A stretch of 64,000 nt of DNA from Octopus vulgaris (GCA_951406725.2 OX597831.1:4216001-4280000); one strand, 5' to 3'. Shown: positions 1 through 13,706, numbered from the stretch's first letter. The notes: a model not told the origin generated them from the letters alone. Program-made: numbers and translations.

Positions 1-148
1 TCGACCCTAGGACTTATTCTTTGTACGCTTACGAAGAATAAGTCCTGGGGTCGATTTGCTTGACTAAAGGCGGTGCTCCAGCATGGCCGCAGTCAAATGA
101 CTGAAACAAGTAAAAGAGTAAAAGAGTAAAGAGAGTATATATATATAT

Positions 149-191
<43 letters not shown>

Positions 192-199
192 TATGTATA

Positions 200-231
<32 letters not shown>

Positions 232-248
232 GATATATATATATGTAC

Positions 249-280
<32 letters not shown>

Positions 281-288
281 TATATATA

Positions 289-387
<99 letters not shown>

Positions 388-929
388 GTATATATGTTTG
401 TTTATTGATAGGCTGCCAGAAGCTACAATTGATAAGTTGTGTGTCATACGTTCGATAATAGCAGATGTCTGTTCACTATTCATTCGAGTTAGCAGCACTT
501 TCGCGGATTCCATGACTGCCATTTCGCTTCAGTGGTGCGTGAGTGCGGTCAGTTGGTTGGTTTTGAATTTCATTTCCGTCCGTAGACACATCTGGCTTAT
601 ACATGCGCATCTCCAATGTACGACATTACTGACAGACTTGTCACTAACGTGAAACCATTAAGTATCGGCTTGGTTTTTCTTCTTTCTCCTCAACATACAC
701 ACCGACTCGGCTGTGGGCAGAAATAATCGATATTTTATAGATACGGGAAGACTTAGTACACTTTTTTGTATAATATTGCCTGATTAGTTGAGCAGAAGTT
801 TTGATGTGCTCAAAATAATATTGACCGACAATCACATAGCACGTGACTTTTTGCAACAAAATATTTTTTTCTTCTGCAAAATAATACATACATGCACGCG
901 CGTACACCCACACATAAACGTGTGTGTCG

Positions 930-961
<32 letters not shown>

Positions 962-1296
962 TGAGAGAGAGAGAGAGAGAAAGAAAGAGAGAGAGCGATA
1001 ACATATTCATACATTCATGCATACCTGCATACATACATAAATATACACACAGACACACACGCATACATACATACATGCATGCATGCATGCGTGCATACAT
1101 ACATACATACATACATACATACATACATACATACATACATACATACATACATGCATACATACATACATACATACATACATACATACATACATGCATATAT
1201 ATATATATATTTACACAATTATTCTATGGAAATTGAAAGTCGTGTGATGAAAAAGACAGTAATCTATCTATCTATCTATGTATCTATCTATCTATA

Positions 1297-1344
<48 letters not shown>

Positions 1345-1556
1345 CATCTCTATTGAATTTTTCTCACCAGGTGGTTCGCGATCGCTAGTAAATCACTGAC
1401 ATTGATCGTTCTAATTTAAACCTACAGCTTCATAATCAACTGGGAGTTATCTCTCTTCAGCATCTCCTCTTGAGGAAGGCCGAGGAGACAGGAAAGCATC
1501 TAGGAGTCCGTAAGAAGACACTGAAAAATAGGTAAGTTGTTTTCTCACCTTTTCAC

Positions 1557-1835
1557 AGAATATCCCCACTCAGCCTTAAACGGTATCTCCAGACCATGAT
1601 TTCTGGGATATTCTCTTCACTGGCCAGGGTAATCGTTGGCTCGAGGTGGCATCACTAGGTCTAGTTCAAGGTATATACTTTTAAAGTGACACAGAGTCAC
1701 TGATCTCGTAAAAGTATATATTTCGAACAAGACTTAGTGCTGCCAGCTCGAGCCAACGGTTATCCTGTGCCGATGAAGGGAAATATCTCAGAAACCATGG
1801 TCTGCAGGTTCCGTTTAAGGCTGAGTGGGGACATT
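1557..1835. repeat. Imperfect ~280-bp palindrome, probably an inverted Penelope-like pLTR pair, with a hammerhead-like motif in each arm
   Basis: ATATCCCCACTCAGCCTTAAACGG (~1560) is near reverse-complementary to CCGTTTAAGGCTGAGTGGGGACATT (~1811-1835). Complementarity continues inward to a centre near 1693. Confidence 0.75.
1765..1807 (+). ncRNA. Minimal type I hammerhead-like motif (variant core)
   Basis: CTGTG-CCGATGA-AGGGAAATATCTCA-GAAA-CCATGG(palindromic stem III)-TC-TGCAG. The core has C in place of U4. Confidence 0.45.
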
Positions 1836-2098
1836 AGCTCCCTTGTTCGAGGTATAAGGACGGAGTTGTGCGTCGTGGAAAAGTTTTTTTCCTGGGGTTA
1901 AAAAATGTAGTACTGCCAACTTACGTTGGCAAATAGATTTTAATACACACACACACAAACGTAATATATATACTAATAAAAAGGGTTCAGCAAAGAATTG
2001 CCTCACCACACACCGAAGTTCAGAAATAGCAGCCAAAAATCTTAGCCATTTCTTCTACTTTAAAAAGGGTCTTCAAGAGAAGCCAAAATACTTCTCTA

Positions 2099-2142
<44 letters not shown>

Positions 2143-2209
2143 TATATGTATATATATATATATATATGCATATATATATATATATGTGTGTTTATATGTA
2201 TATGTATAT

Positions 2210-2370
<161 letters not shown>

Positions 2371-2372
2371 GA

Positions 2373-2420
2373 CCCTTCTGATGATGCTTCGGCCTAAAGC
2401 TGAAACCGTACGGTAACGGG
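2373..2420 (+). ncRNA. Minimal type I hammerhead ribozyme motif (Penelope-like)
   Basis: CCCTT-CTGATGA-tGCTTcggcctaAAGCt-GAAA-CCGTACGG(palindromic stem III)-TA-ACGGG. Canonical CUGAUGA/GAAA/UH core. Confidence 0.65.
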
Positions 2421-2852
2421 ATATCACGATTGCCATTTTCCGGCCATCTACGGTCGCTGCCAGCATGGATGTGTAGAATTTTACGCGCTTATGCTCTTAT
2501 TTTCAGCTCCTATTTCTAGAGGTTTAGGTATCCTAAAATCCTCAGTCACATTTAATGACGTTTATTGCTTTCCGTTTTGGTGAAAGGAGAAATGTTAAAA
2601 TGTCCTAAAGGACTAAACAGAGGAGAAAGGCAGAGCGAGGAACCCATACATAAATGCCTACATGTATACATACATAATATATATATGTGTGTGCATATAG
2701 ATATATGTGTGTGTGTGTGTGTATTCGCACACAGACATACACGCATCTGAAAAGAGGCACAATCTGCATAGGATATTATAAAATTTAGAAAATAATCCAT
2801 TGCACGAAATGAGCTTCTGCTTGATCAAAATAATCTTTTATTTAATTATTTA

Positions 2853-4130
2853 TTGGGTTGACAACTAAATTCCTGCCGTTTTTATAAAATTTTAGAATTT
2901 ATTGGGTTTTTAAATTTTGGAATCTATTTTTTTTTTTTTTTTTTCGAGAATTCTATTTTTGAATCATTTTGGAATCTATCTTTTTTCTCTAGTTAATTTT
3001 AGTTAATTTTTGTTTATTTTCAGATCATTAAAACGGAATGTTAAGTTAAGAAAAACGTGCATTTTCGACACCGCCTTCTTTTTGCTTTTGATCAAGGTTC
3101 TAAGGCCGGAAAAGCTGCTCGTGACATTTGTACTGTGTATGGAGAGGGTGCCATAGCTCAAAGAACCGCTCGTGATTGGTATGCCAAGTTCAAAAATGGA
3201 AATTCTGACCTCAAAGACGCTCCTCGTTCTGGCCGTCCAGTTGAGTTCGATGAAGAGCGATTTAACCAACTTTTGCACGAAAATTCTCGTCAAACGACAA
3301 GGGAACTGGCAGAGAAAATGGAATGCTCCCACACTATTATAGAGAAGCATCTTCACTCGATGGAAAGGTTCAGAAGTATGGAGCATGGATTCCACATGCT
3401 TTAAGTAACAACAACAAAAATCAATGAGACACAATCTCCGCTGATTTGCTTGCTCGTCACCGCTCAACTCATGGACACAAGCAACAGTTTCTTTACTGAA
3501 TCGTTACTGGCGACGAAAAATGGTGCCTGTACATCAATATAAAGCAGCGTAAGGAATGGCTTAGCCCCGAAATGACAAGCGACACCACGTGTGAAACAAG
3601 ATCTTCATCCGTGTAAAATGATGTTGTCTGTATGGTCGGACAGGGAAGGGATTATCCATTACGAATTGCTTGAACGGAACCAAATGTTCAACAGATGGAA
3701 CGACTCAACACGGCTATTCAAGAGAAAAGACCTAATCGGCAGCATGGAGTTCTTCTGCCGCACGACAACGCCCGCCCTCATATCGCCAATATGACCAAGG
3801 AAGCCATTCAAACGCTTGGCTGGGAAGTGCTGCCCTACACCCGCCGTGCTCTCCTGGTTTGGCACCAACGGATTTCCACCTCTTTCCATCTCTTTCAAAT
3901 GCTATGCGTGGAGTTTCGTTCTATACTGGTGCAGAATTGAGAGCTTGGTTAGATCAATTTTTCGAGACGAAATCGGGTGATTTCTACCAACGAGGTATTG
4001 AAAATCTTGTTGAACGTTGGGAAGAAGTTGTAAACAACAAGGGCGAATACATTGATTAATTAATTGTAATTTTTTATTGGACCTTTTAACAAATTTTTAA
4101 AAAACGGTGGGAACTTAGTTGCCAACCTAA
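2853..4130 (+). mobile_element. Full-length (~1.28 kb) mariner transposon, inactive
   Basis: TA-flanked terminal inverted repeats TTGGGTTGACAACTAAATTCC / GGAACTTAGTTGCCAACCTAA enclosing a transposase. Confidence 0.93.
3057..4059 (+). pseudogene. Frameshifted mariner (DD34D-type) transposase
   Basis: HTH region (DLKDAPRSGRP) plus WIPHAL, VTGDEKW, HDNARPH and APTDFHLF motifs, split over several frames with stops. Confidence 0.92.
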
Positions 4131-4371
4131 TATTTTAGAGCATGTGGAGGGGAGCGTTTTCAAAACACGATTCCATGAAAGAGGAGTTTGGCTGCAAAGG
4201 GCCATAGCCCACAGCTTGTAAAGCGACAAGTCTGTTATATCAAAGTATTGCATTATTTGTTGTTCACCGTCACCGCGGGTTCGGTTTTCTTTCTTTCTTG
4301 TATATAGTTCTCCAAGTCTTGTTCTTTTTCTTTCAATCATAATGTTGAATTCTAATACTTCAGACCGTTTA

Positions 4372-5923
4372 TCTATTTCTTCATTACCCTCAAGGGGACA
4401 AACAAGGACAGACACAGGTATTAAGTCGATTACATCGACCCCAGTGCGTGACTGGTACTTAATTTATCGACCCCGAAAGGATGAAAGGCAAAGTCGACCT
4501 CGGCGAAATTTGATCTCAGAACGTAACGGCAGACGAAATACCTATTTCTTTATTACCCACAAGGGGCTAAACACAGAGGGGACAAACAAGGACAGACATA
4601 GGTATTAAGTCGATTACATCGACCCCAGTGCGTAACTGGTACTTAATTTATCGACCCCGAAAGGATGAAAGGCAAAGTCGACCTCGGCGAATTTGATCTC
4701 AGAACGTAACGGCAGACGAAATACCTATTTCTTTATTACCCACAAGGGGCTAAACACAGAGGGGACAAACAAGGACAGACATAGGTATTAAGTCGATTAC
4801 ATCGACCCCAGTACGTAACTGATACTTTATTTATCGACCCCGAAAGGATGAAAGGCAAAGTCGACCTCGGCGAAATTTGATCTCAGAACGTAACGGCAGA
4901 CGAAATACCTATTTCTTTATTACCCACAAGGGGCTAAACACAGAGGGGACAAACAAGGACAGACTTAGGTATTAAGTCGATTACATCGACCCCAGTGCGT
5001 AACTGGTACTTAATTTATCGACCCCGAAAGGATGAAAGGCAAAGTCGACCTCGGCGGAATTTGATCTCAGAACGTAACGGCAGACGAAATACCTATTTCT
5101 ATATTACCCACAAGGGGCTAAACACAGAGGGGACAAACAAGGACAGACGTAGGTATTAAGTCGATTACATCGACCCCAGTGCGTAACTGGTACTTAATTT
5201 ATCGACCCCGAAAGGATGAAAGGCAAAGTCGACCTCGGCGGAATTTGAACTCAGAACGTAACGGCAGACGAAATACCTATTTCTTTACTACCCACAAGGG
5301 GCTAAACACAGAGGGGACAAACAAGGACAGACATAGGTATTAAGTCGATTATATCGACCCCAGTGCGTAACTGGTACTTAATTTATCGACACCGAAAGGA
5401 TGAAAGGCAAAGTCGACCTCGGCGGAATTTGATCTCAGAACGTAACGGCAGACGAAATACCTATTTCTTTATTACCCATAAGGGGCCAAACACAGAGGGG
5501 ACAAACAAGGACAGACAAAGGTATTAAGTCGATTACATCGACCCCAGTGCGTAACTGGTACTTAATTTATCGACCCCGAAAGAATGAAAGGCAAAGTCGA
5601 CCTCGGCGGAATTTGATCTCAGAACGTAACGGCAGACGAAATACCTATTTCTTTATTACCCACAAGGGGCTAAACACAGAGGGGACAAACAAGGACAGAC
5701 ATAGGTATTAAGTCGATTACATCGACCCCAGTGCGTAACTGGTACTTAATTTATCGACCCCGAAAGGATGAAAGGCAAAGTCGACCTCGGCGGAATTTGA
5801 TCTCAGAACGTAACGGCAGACGAAATACCTATTTCTTTATTACCCACAAGGGGCCAAACACAGAGGGGACAAACAAGGACAGACATAGGTATTAAGTCGA
5901 TTCTGCCAGCTCGCCGCCTTATT
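4372..5923 (-). mobile_element. Multimeric SINE insertion: one 5' head plus about 8 tandem 184-bp head-less units
   Basis: AGGGGACAAACAAGGACAG recurs at 4393, 4577, 4760, 4944, 5128, 5312, 5496, 5680 and 5864. Head AAGGCGGCGAGCTGGCAGAA lies at 5901-5920 (-). Direct repeat CTTCAGACCGTTTA at 4358-4371 and 5924-5937 looks like a target-site duplication. Confidence 0.9.
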
Positions 5924-6603
5924 CTTCAGACCGTTTACCATCACATGTTGACATGCTTTTCTTACATTTCCTGCCATTTGACGATGCAAGTATGTGATCT
6001 GTTGAGCACGGTGGGACACTTAAGATTTTTTGATTTTAGGCATTTCAAACCAATCCCAAATGTGTCTAAGGAATTGTAAAGCAACGTGATGTTTTTGTGC
6101 TTAGTTTATTTACACTTAGTTCTTAAACAATCCTTTTCATAACACATACATAAATCTCTCACGCTCATACACACAGCTGCACGCTTATACTCACACACAC
6201 ATATATACACACATTAAAAACTCACATAAACATACGCCCAAGTGTTTCGGAAAGTAGAATACCAATTCCATAGATATTTTATTGTATGTCCATGAGAGTG
6301 TTAGTGGGATTGATTTTGTAATTCTGTCAATTGCATGCATATCATTGGAGGCAGATCTTTTTACAGTTGGGTGCCCATCCTACTGCTAACCACTCAACTG
6401 TGAAATAGGAGTGGTAATGGCTTTCAGCTAGCAAACATGAATATGCATTCAAACTTCCAACCCTTCTTGTCACTACCCCCACTCATTTCTACATACATAC
6501 GAATACACACACACACACACACAGGTGCACGCACACAGCCACACACAGCCACACACATACACATATACTATATATGTGTGTATGTGGGTATGCAGTAAAG
6601 TAT

Positions 6604-6644
<41 letters not shown>

Positions 6645-6673
6645 CATACACACACACACGCAGACACACACAC

Positions 6674-6754
<81 letters not shown>

Positions 6755-6944
6755 TATGTATGTATACTTGAATAGATAAATACATATAGAAAACATACAC
6801 ATTCAAACAAACATATACGCATACATGTATACTTACACACATAGACTGATACATATAAACATACACACTTGCAGAAATACCTTCATGTATACATACATAC
6901 ATACATAATATATGCAGGCATACATGGATATTTCCTAACAGACA

Positions 6945-7343
6945 TTCATAGCTATGTGGAAGCACTCCGTCGGTTACGACGATGAGGGTTCCGGTTGATC
7001 CGAATCAACGGAACAGCCTGCTCGTGAAATTAACGTGTAAGTGGCTGAGCACTCCACAGACACGTGCACCCTTAACGTAGTTCTCGGGGATATTCAGCGT
7101 GACACAGAGAGTGACAAGGCCGGCCCTTTGAAATACAGGTACAACAGAAACAGGAAGTAAGAGCGAGAGAAAGTTGTGGTGAAAGAGTACAGCAGGGATC
7201 ACCACAATCCTCTGCCGGAGCCTCGTGGAGCTTTTAGGTGTTTTCGCTCAATAAACACTCACAACGCCCGGTCTGGGAATCGAAACCGCGATCCTACGAC
7301 CGCGAGTCCGCTGCCCTAACCACTGGGCCATTGCGCCTCCACT
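6945..7343 (-). mobile_element. tRNA-derived SINE (GTGGAGGCGCAATGGCCCAGTGGTTAG head family)
   Basis: A-box and B-box-like head on the minus strand. Related copies at 29452, 32640, 40662 and 50620. Confidence 0.75.
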
Positions 7344-7692
7344 TCATAGCTATGTACACGTGCGCTTACATGTGTGTGATCGAACGCTTGCTCGCTCGGC
7401 GGGGAGATGAATCGCGGCTTTCTCTAGCGGTCGAGCGTCATTGACAAGACTAAAGAAGGTCGAAATCACATGATCTGCTGGTCTTTGCACTGGAGGTGGC
7501 GAGAATTTATCTCCCCGCTTATCATATAAATAAGGGTGCATTTAGCATCGAAAGCTAATAAGAAAGTTTCTCTCAGGGTAACTATTGCAGTATAACGGGA
7601 AAGTTTACGAAAATAAACACAGGACGAAGGCAGGTGGAGTACAAACAAACAAATGTATTAGTATAGCGTTCAGGAATAGAAATAGAAAAAGT

Positions 7693-7728
7693 CTTTTACG
7701 TTTCGAGCCTACGCTCTTCAACAGAAAA
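7693..7728 (-). ncRNA. Degenerate hammerhead-like motif in a Penelope-like remnant
   Basis: Minus strand TTTT-CTGTTGA-AGAGCGTAGGCTC-GAAA-CG-TA-AAAG. A6 is changed to T. Same family as 20277, 56677 and 63575. Confidence 0.4.
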
Positions 7729-7857
7729 ATACACAGAAAAAAAGAGAGAAACAAGGAGAACTGCAGTATAGTTTGTTCTAACAGAACATCTATGTTTGAG
7801 TAGGAAACAAAATTACATATGGATGTATTTTCAATGAAATCCTTCAGGAGAAGATTA

Positions 7858-8184
7858 CAGTAATCACTCACGATATCGCGGTTCACCTATCGCGGTTCAC
7901 ATACCGCGTTTCACTTATCGCGGTTTATTATTTACGCTTACGTTGATTCTGCATTGGTGTTGTTTTGCATTTATAATAAAATAAATATATACTTTGATAC
8001 TTTGATACTTTGATAGGTTTCGGCCATTATTGGCCCAGGCCATGTCTAACTTAATAGCACCAATATACGAATTATAAAAATAATTAAAAACATTATATAC
8101 TACAGTACTGTTTCTACTTCGCGGATTTTCACCTATCGCGGGGTGTTTTGGAACGTAACACCCGCGATAGTCGAGGAATTAGTG
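7858..8184. mobile_element. MITE, Tc1/pogo-like and non-autonomous
   Basis: TA-CAGTAATCACTCACGATATCGCGG at the left end and CCGCGATAGTCGAGGAATTAGTG at the right end, with internal TTCACCTATCGCGG repeats. Partial copy at ~31498-31620. Confidence 0.6.
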
Positions 8185-8255
8185 CATTTTGTTTTCAACA
8201 CTTATGAAATGGTTGTAGTAGACAAATACTGCATCGAACGCACACACACAAACAC

Positions 8256-8317
<62 letters not shown>

Positions 8318-8469
8318 TGCTGGCAATAAAAGTGGGAAGAAAAATTTCACAATGAGTGTCGAAAGAGTAGAATATAAGATATTTTTTTTCTTTTCCTTGG
8401 TAATTTTGATTAGAGAAACGGCATAAAAATCATAAAACACCCACATACGCTCTCTGCTTTTGACAAACA

Positions 8470-9084
8470 ATGTATTTGTGTATGTATGTATGTATGTATG
8501 TATGTATGTATGTATGTATGTATGTATGTATGTATGTATGTATGTATGTATGTATGTATGTGTGTATGTATGTATGTATGTATGTATGTGTGTATGTATG
8601 TATATGTGTATGTATGGATGTATGTGTGTGTGTATGTATGGATGTGTGTGTGTATGTATGTATGTATGTATGTATGTATGTATGTGTGTATGTATGTATG
8701 TATGTGTGTATGGATGGATGGATGGATGTATGTATGTATGTATGTATGTATGTATGTATATGTGTATGTATGTATGTATGGATGTATGTATGTATGTATG
8801 TATGCATGCATGCATGTATGTATGTATGTATGTATGTGTGCATGTATGTATGTATGTATGTATGTATGTATGTATGTATGTATGCATGCATGTATGTGTG
8901 TATGTATGTATGTATGTATGTATGTATGTATGTATGTATGTATGTATGTATGTATGTATGTATGTATGTATGCATGCATGCATGTATGTGTGTATGTATG
9001 TATGTATGTATGTATGTATGTATGTATGTATGTATGTATGTATGTATGTATGTATGTATGTATGTTTGTATGTATGTATGTATG

Positions 9085-9118
<34 letters not shown>

Positions 9119-9130
9119 TGTACGTATGCG
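8470..9130. repeat. (TATG)n compound microsatellite
   Basis: About 660 bp of TATG/TGTG/GATG repeats. Confidence 0.95.
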
Positions 9131-9541
9131 TACGATTTAATGAAGACAAAAAAATTGCTTCAAAGTTTCGTTTATCTTTCTTTATTCATGAAACTTTCTG
9201 CATTTATCTTTCATTAGATAGACTTTTAGAAAATATTCTGTTTTAGAGAAAAAATATGAAGAAAAAAAACGATATATATGATATAATATAATATAACATT
9301 ATATTATATTATATATATATTTATAGCATAGAATAATTTACATTAAATCGACAGCATCAGCAACTGGAGGAGTAATAGTTATCTGTTGTCGTCTGCAAAT
9401 GTTTGATTACGATTGTCGTTCAGTAGTTCATACTTCAATGTTTGTTATTACGTTTACATGTCCCCTCGGCAGACATATTACTATTGTTATGATCAGAATA
9501 CACTGATGTGACGATGTTGAATATAGGTAGAATTACATGTA

Positions 9542-9665
<124 letters not shown>

Positions 9666-9861
9666 TGTTTGTACGTGTATATGTATGCAAGTATATATGT
9701 AGATAAGTAGGTAGGAAAGTAGGTTTGTTGGTTGGGAGATAGATTTGTAGCTAGGTGGGTGGGTAAGAAGTATGTATGTGGGTGGTAGGTATGTAGTTAC
9801 GGTAGTACGTATATGTATGTATGTGTGTATGTTTATATGAATGCCTGGATGTTTGTATGAC

Positions 9862-9892
<31 letters not shown>

Positions 9893-10019
9893 TTCTGCAC
9901 GTGTCTTTGTATATGCGCATTCATAAGCATGCGTTAGCATATTTGTATGTATGCATATACACTTATATGTAAATGTTATATACATGTATATAATACACAC
10001 ACACACACATAAATATATA

Positions 10020-10066
<47 letters not shown>

Positions 10067-10119
10067 AATGTATATGTATACATACACACAAATACACAGT
10101 GTCATACACACACATATTG

Positions 10120-11095
10120 AATCATTCCATTAACAATGCGGTTTTTCTTATACTTCTTTTATTTTTCAAAATTAAGAAAAAAATTTGTTTCTTAATCTAA
10201 AATATACTCTCCTTCAATCCTACAAAGCTCTTCCATCTATCTGGTAGACGTGCAAAAAATTCAGCTGTCCGTGACGTAAAATGCTCCTCCGGCAGTGTTC
10301 TGACCTCGTCTACAGAATTCATATTTTTTCCGTCCAGATGATTTTGAAGACTGCGGAATAAATGATAATCAGGTGGGGCGCCTGGCGAATATAGTGAGTA
10401 GGGCATCGTTTCCCATTCAAAACTGCTCCAGGCTTTGGAATGTCATCCCCGCTGTATGTGACTGAACATTATCCTGGTGGAAAAACACCTTTCGTCTTGA
10501 AACCAAAGATGGTCTTGTCTCTTCTAGCGTTGAGTTAAGCTGCAAAAGCAGCTCGCAGTAGATCTCCTTTGTTATCGTTTGGTTTGGGTTTAAAAGTTCA
10601 AAAACCTTTCATATCCCACAAAGTAGATAACAACATCTTACGTGGATGAAGACCTTTAGCCTGGGGTACTGGTGTTTCTCCTTTCCCTACCCACTGTTCT
10701 CGGCGCTTGACATTTTTATAGAGAACCCATTACTCGTCACCAGTCGCTATTCGATCTTAAAAAGGTTCATCCGTAAAACGTGACAACTAAGAAGAGTACA
10801 CATTCACTCTCTGCGCGCGTTTAGACTCGGAAAGTTTGTGAGGAACCCACTGACCCAATTTACTGAATTTTCCGATGGCACGCATGTGTCGGTGAATGGT
10901 TGAATGACTAAATCTAAGCTTCTTTGTCAGTTCCTCAACAGTTACGATGGGATTTTGTTCCACCAGGGTTTGCAGAAAGTCTTCGTCGAGCTCTACAGAT
11001 CTTCCAGGACGAGGCTCATCTTCTAGGCTGTAGTTTCCGGCTCGGAATTTCTGGAACTACCGTATTCATGACAGCAGAACTCTTCGTGATGCTTT
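10120..11095 (-). mobile_element. Degenerate mariner transposon, 5' part replaced by a LINE
   Basis: Minus-strand YSPGAPPDYHLFRSLQNHLDG and a VTDE*W-like remnant. Homology stops at ~11100 where the LINE fragment begins. Confidence 0.8.
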
Positions 11096-11099
11096 CGTT

Positions 11100-13015
11100 C
11101 CCTCCCCGCTTAGTGAACGTGCCTTAGCCCTGACACCGCAGCCTTCGTGTCTGGCGTCGAAAAATTGGTCGAGGGCCAATATGGACTCCAACACTTCAAC
11201 TGCGATGCCTGTCCTAAGCGCGATCATCTTACTTCCTAACTAAAACTCCCTCTATTCTATTTCTCTTTACTGCTAATGCCTTGCTAAACCTAATCGATTC
11301 TACTCTAATTGCCCTTTTAAGAGCAAACCACCAGTTGTTGTTGACGATTGAACCCGTCAATGCCCGCTTAACTAATACGCTAACCCGGTCTCTGTAAGCT
11401 TGACACTCCAGTAGCTTCGTGTTCAGCTTCTAGTAACCGGGAGCCTGTCTAGGAAGCCTATCTAAGTCTGTGTAGCCGACCATGTGGAACATTCGGGTAA
11501 TCTAGTCGGTACGTGTCACAAAACTGCAAATGTGTGAGGAGGTCTTTGAGGCTTTTGCACCCCACTCTCCGATCAGAAACTCCCACGCAATCGAAACGTC
11601 CATCTAAGACAGCGTTCCAATCCCCTACTAATACTAAAGTCGTGAGACGTTCCTAGGAAAACCTCCAGACGCTTGAAGTAATCAGACCGCCCCGCACCTG
11701 TCGGAACATCGGCAGCCACTAGTCTGAAAGCACCGCCGTCACTGATGTTCACATCCAGGAACACCAACTTACCTTCTCGATCCAGGAAGACTACTTTTAT
11801 TATCAAATCCAGACCCTTCCGGAAAAACACCACAGTACCACCACCGACCCTCCCGGCCGACACGGAGATAAGTAGATCTCGTATCCACCGAAAAAGGTGA
11901 TGAGGTCCCGTAGGTCTGATAGTCTGGATTCACTAATAGCTGCAACATCTACACTAAAGGACTTAAGGTCATTTAAAAGGTGACCTTGTTTCCAAGGTAA
12001 CCCGAGGCTCCTGACATTTACACAACCTATTCTGAGCATTGTAAAATAAATTTAGAGAAGAGCTCTACTTACCATTGTTGAATGACAGCGTTGTTCCCCT
12101 GGTCCTTGTAGGTGCTTCCACGAGCTTTTTATACGGTCTTTTGGAGAAAGTCTTTTGGAAAGACCCAACAACATTTGGAAAGTTTATTTTCAAAGCGTTG
12201 TGTACTTCATGTTGCATTTTAAAAATCTGTATGTGTGGTGGTGGTGGTGTATTGTGTGTTGGAAAACCAAACTCTTCCATTGTGGTGTCTATGTGTTGTC
12301 TAAGGTATTTCACGAGGTCTGTATTGTCGGTGTCGATGGCTGTGAGGTTGGTGGTGTTTTTGCTGTCTGTTTGTGTCAGTGTTTGAGGCGGTAGCACTGT
12401 TGTTGTTGTTGTTGTTGTTGGGTATTTCCTCCCCTCTGCTGTTATTCTCTGGGATATTCTCTGGCTGTTCCGTTTTGTGTGTTCATTTGTTGTTGTTGTT
12501 GGTGGTGGTGGTGGTACTCCGGCTGGTGTTGATGGTGCTCCGGCTGGTTTTGAGTGGTACTCCGGCTGCTGTTGGTGTTATTCAGGCTGGTGGTTGTGGT
12601 GGTACTCCGACTGGTGTTGATGGTACTCCGGCTGGTTTTGGTGGTACTCTGGCTGCTGTTGGTGTTATTCAGGCTGGTGGTTGTGGTGGTACTCCGACTG
12701 GTATTGTTGCTGGTGGTGTTCCGACCGGCTGTGACACTTCGGCTTGCGGCGGCACTCCGGCTCGTGGTGGTACTCCATCCAGTGTTGGTGGTGCGCTGGC
12801 GACTGTTGGTGGCGGCGTCACTGTTGCTGGTGGTGATGGAGTTGCTTTCTGCTGCTGCACTGGAGGTGCCCCCGCTTCAGCTTGTGCTTGAAGCTTTGTT
12901 TTCATTTCTTTGTATTTAGGGCACTCGACTTTGAGGTACTGGTCGTCCCCACAAAAGTAGCACCTTGGCCGCCTGCCCTCAACGGCCACGTGAAGTCTCG
13001 TGCCGTCTGGTAAAT
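11100..13015 (-). mobile_element. L1/Tx1-like LINE fragment (end of ORF1 plus ORF2 APE endonuclease), degenerate
   Basis: Zinc knuckle CYFCGDDQYLKVEC (12669-12989 ORF). ORF2 start MLRIGCVNVRSL at 12039, followed by GGGTVVFFRK and PGY*KLNTKLL motifs. Multiple stops and frameshifts. Confidence 0.8.
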
Positions 13016-13084
13016 TTATGGGATCGGGATAGAATTTATGGCTTCTTGTTCAGTGTTAACAAAAAGCTTTAATCCCTGACCTGT

Positions 13085-13335
13085 CCAATTTTGTATTCGG
13101 GCGGTTCCAAGCAGTGCTGTTTTCTGCAGGTGCTCCACCCTTATTGCAGCCCCTATTTGTTCCATGTACTTCTCAAGTTTTTTACTCACTGTTCCCGGGG
13201 TTCCGACATTTGTTGGTACTACAATAACTTTTTTCATCGACAACAACTGCTTAACCTCCATATTAGATTTACCGACTTTTCTTTCTTCCTTATCGCATAC
13301 CTTGTTGTCAGTTGGGTATGCTATATCTATAATCC
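13085..13335 (-). mobile_element. R4/Dong-like non-LTR retrotransposon, REL endonuclease C-terminal fragment
   Basis: IIDIAYP..KEERK..VVPTNVGTPGTV..LQKTALLGTARI. Near-identical family to 63310-63510. Confidence 0.7.
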
Positions 13336-13340
13336 CGTAT

Positions 13341-13706
13341 CGGGCGAAATGCTTAGCGGTATTTCGTAAGCCACCATGTTCTGAGTTCAATTTCCGCCGA
13401 GGTCGACTTTGCCTTTCATCCTTTCGGGGTCGATAAATTAAGTACCAGTTACGCACTGGGGTCGATGTAATTGACTTAATACCTATGTCTGTCCTTGTTT
13501 GTCCTCTCTGTGTTTAGCCCCTTGTGGGTAGTAAAGAAATAGGTATTTCGTAAGCCACCATGTTCTGAGTTCAATTTCCGCCGAGGTCGACTTTACCTTT
13601 CATCCTTTTGGGGGTCGATAAATTAAATACCAGTGAAATACTGGGGTCGATGTACTCGACTAGTCGCGCCCAAAAAATTTTAGGCATTGTTCCTGTACTG
13701 GAGAGG

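Noticed and set aside
2500-2560. Hammerhead on the minus strand (CTGAGGA..GAAA)
   Set aside because: Stems I and III do not pair convincingly.
4393-5902. CRISPR-like array or hammerhead retrozyme
   Set aside because: The units are near-identical with no unique spacers and no cas genes. No CTGANGA/GAAA hammerhead core is visible on either strand.
8195-9246. YIHT/MYVC repeat proteins (also 810-1400, 55566-56200 and 60318-61425)
   Set aside because: They are (ATAC)n and (AT)n microsatellite translations.
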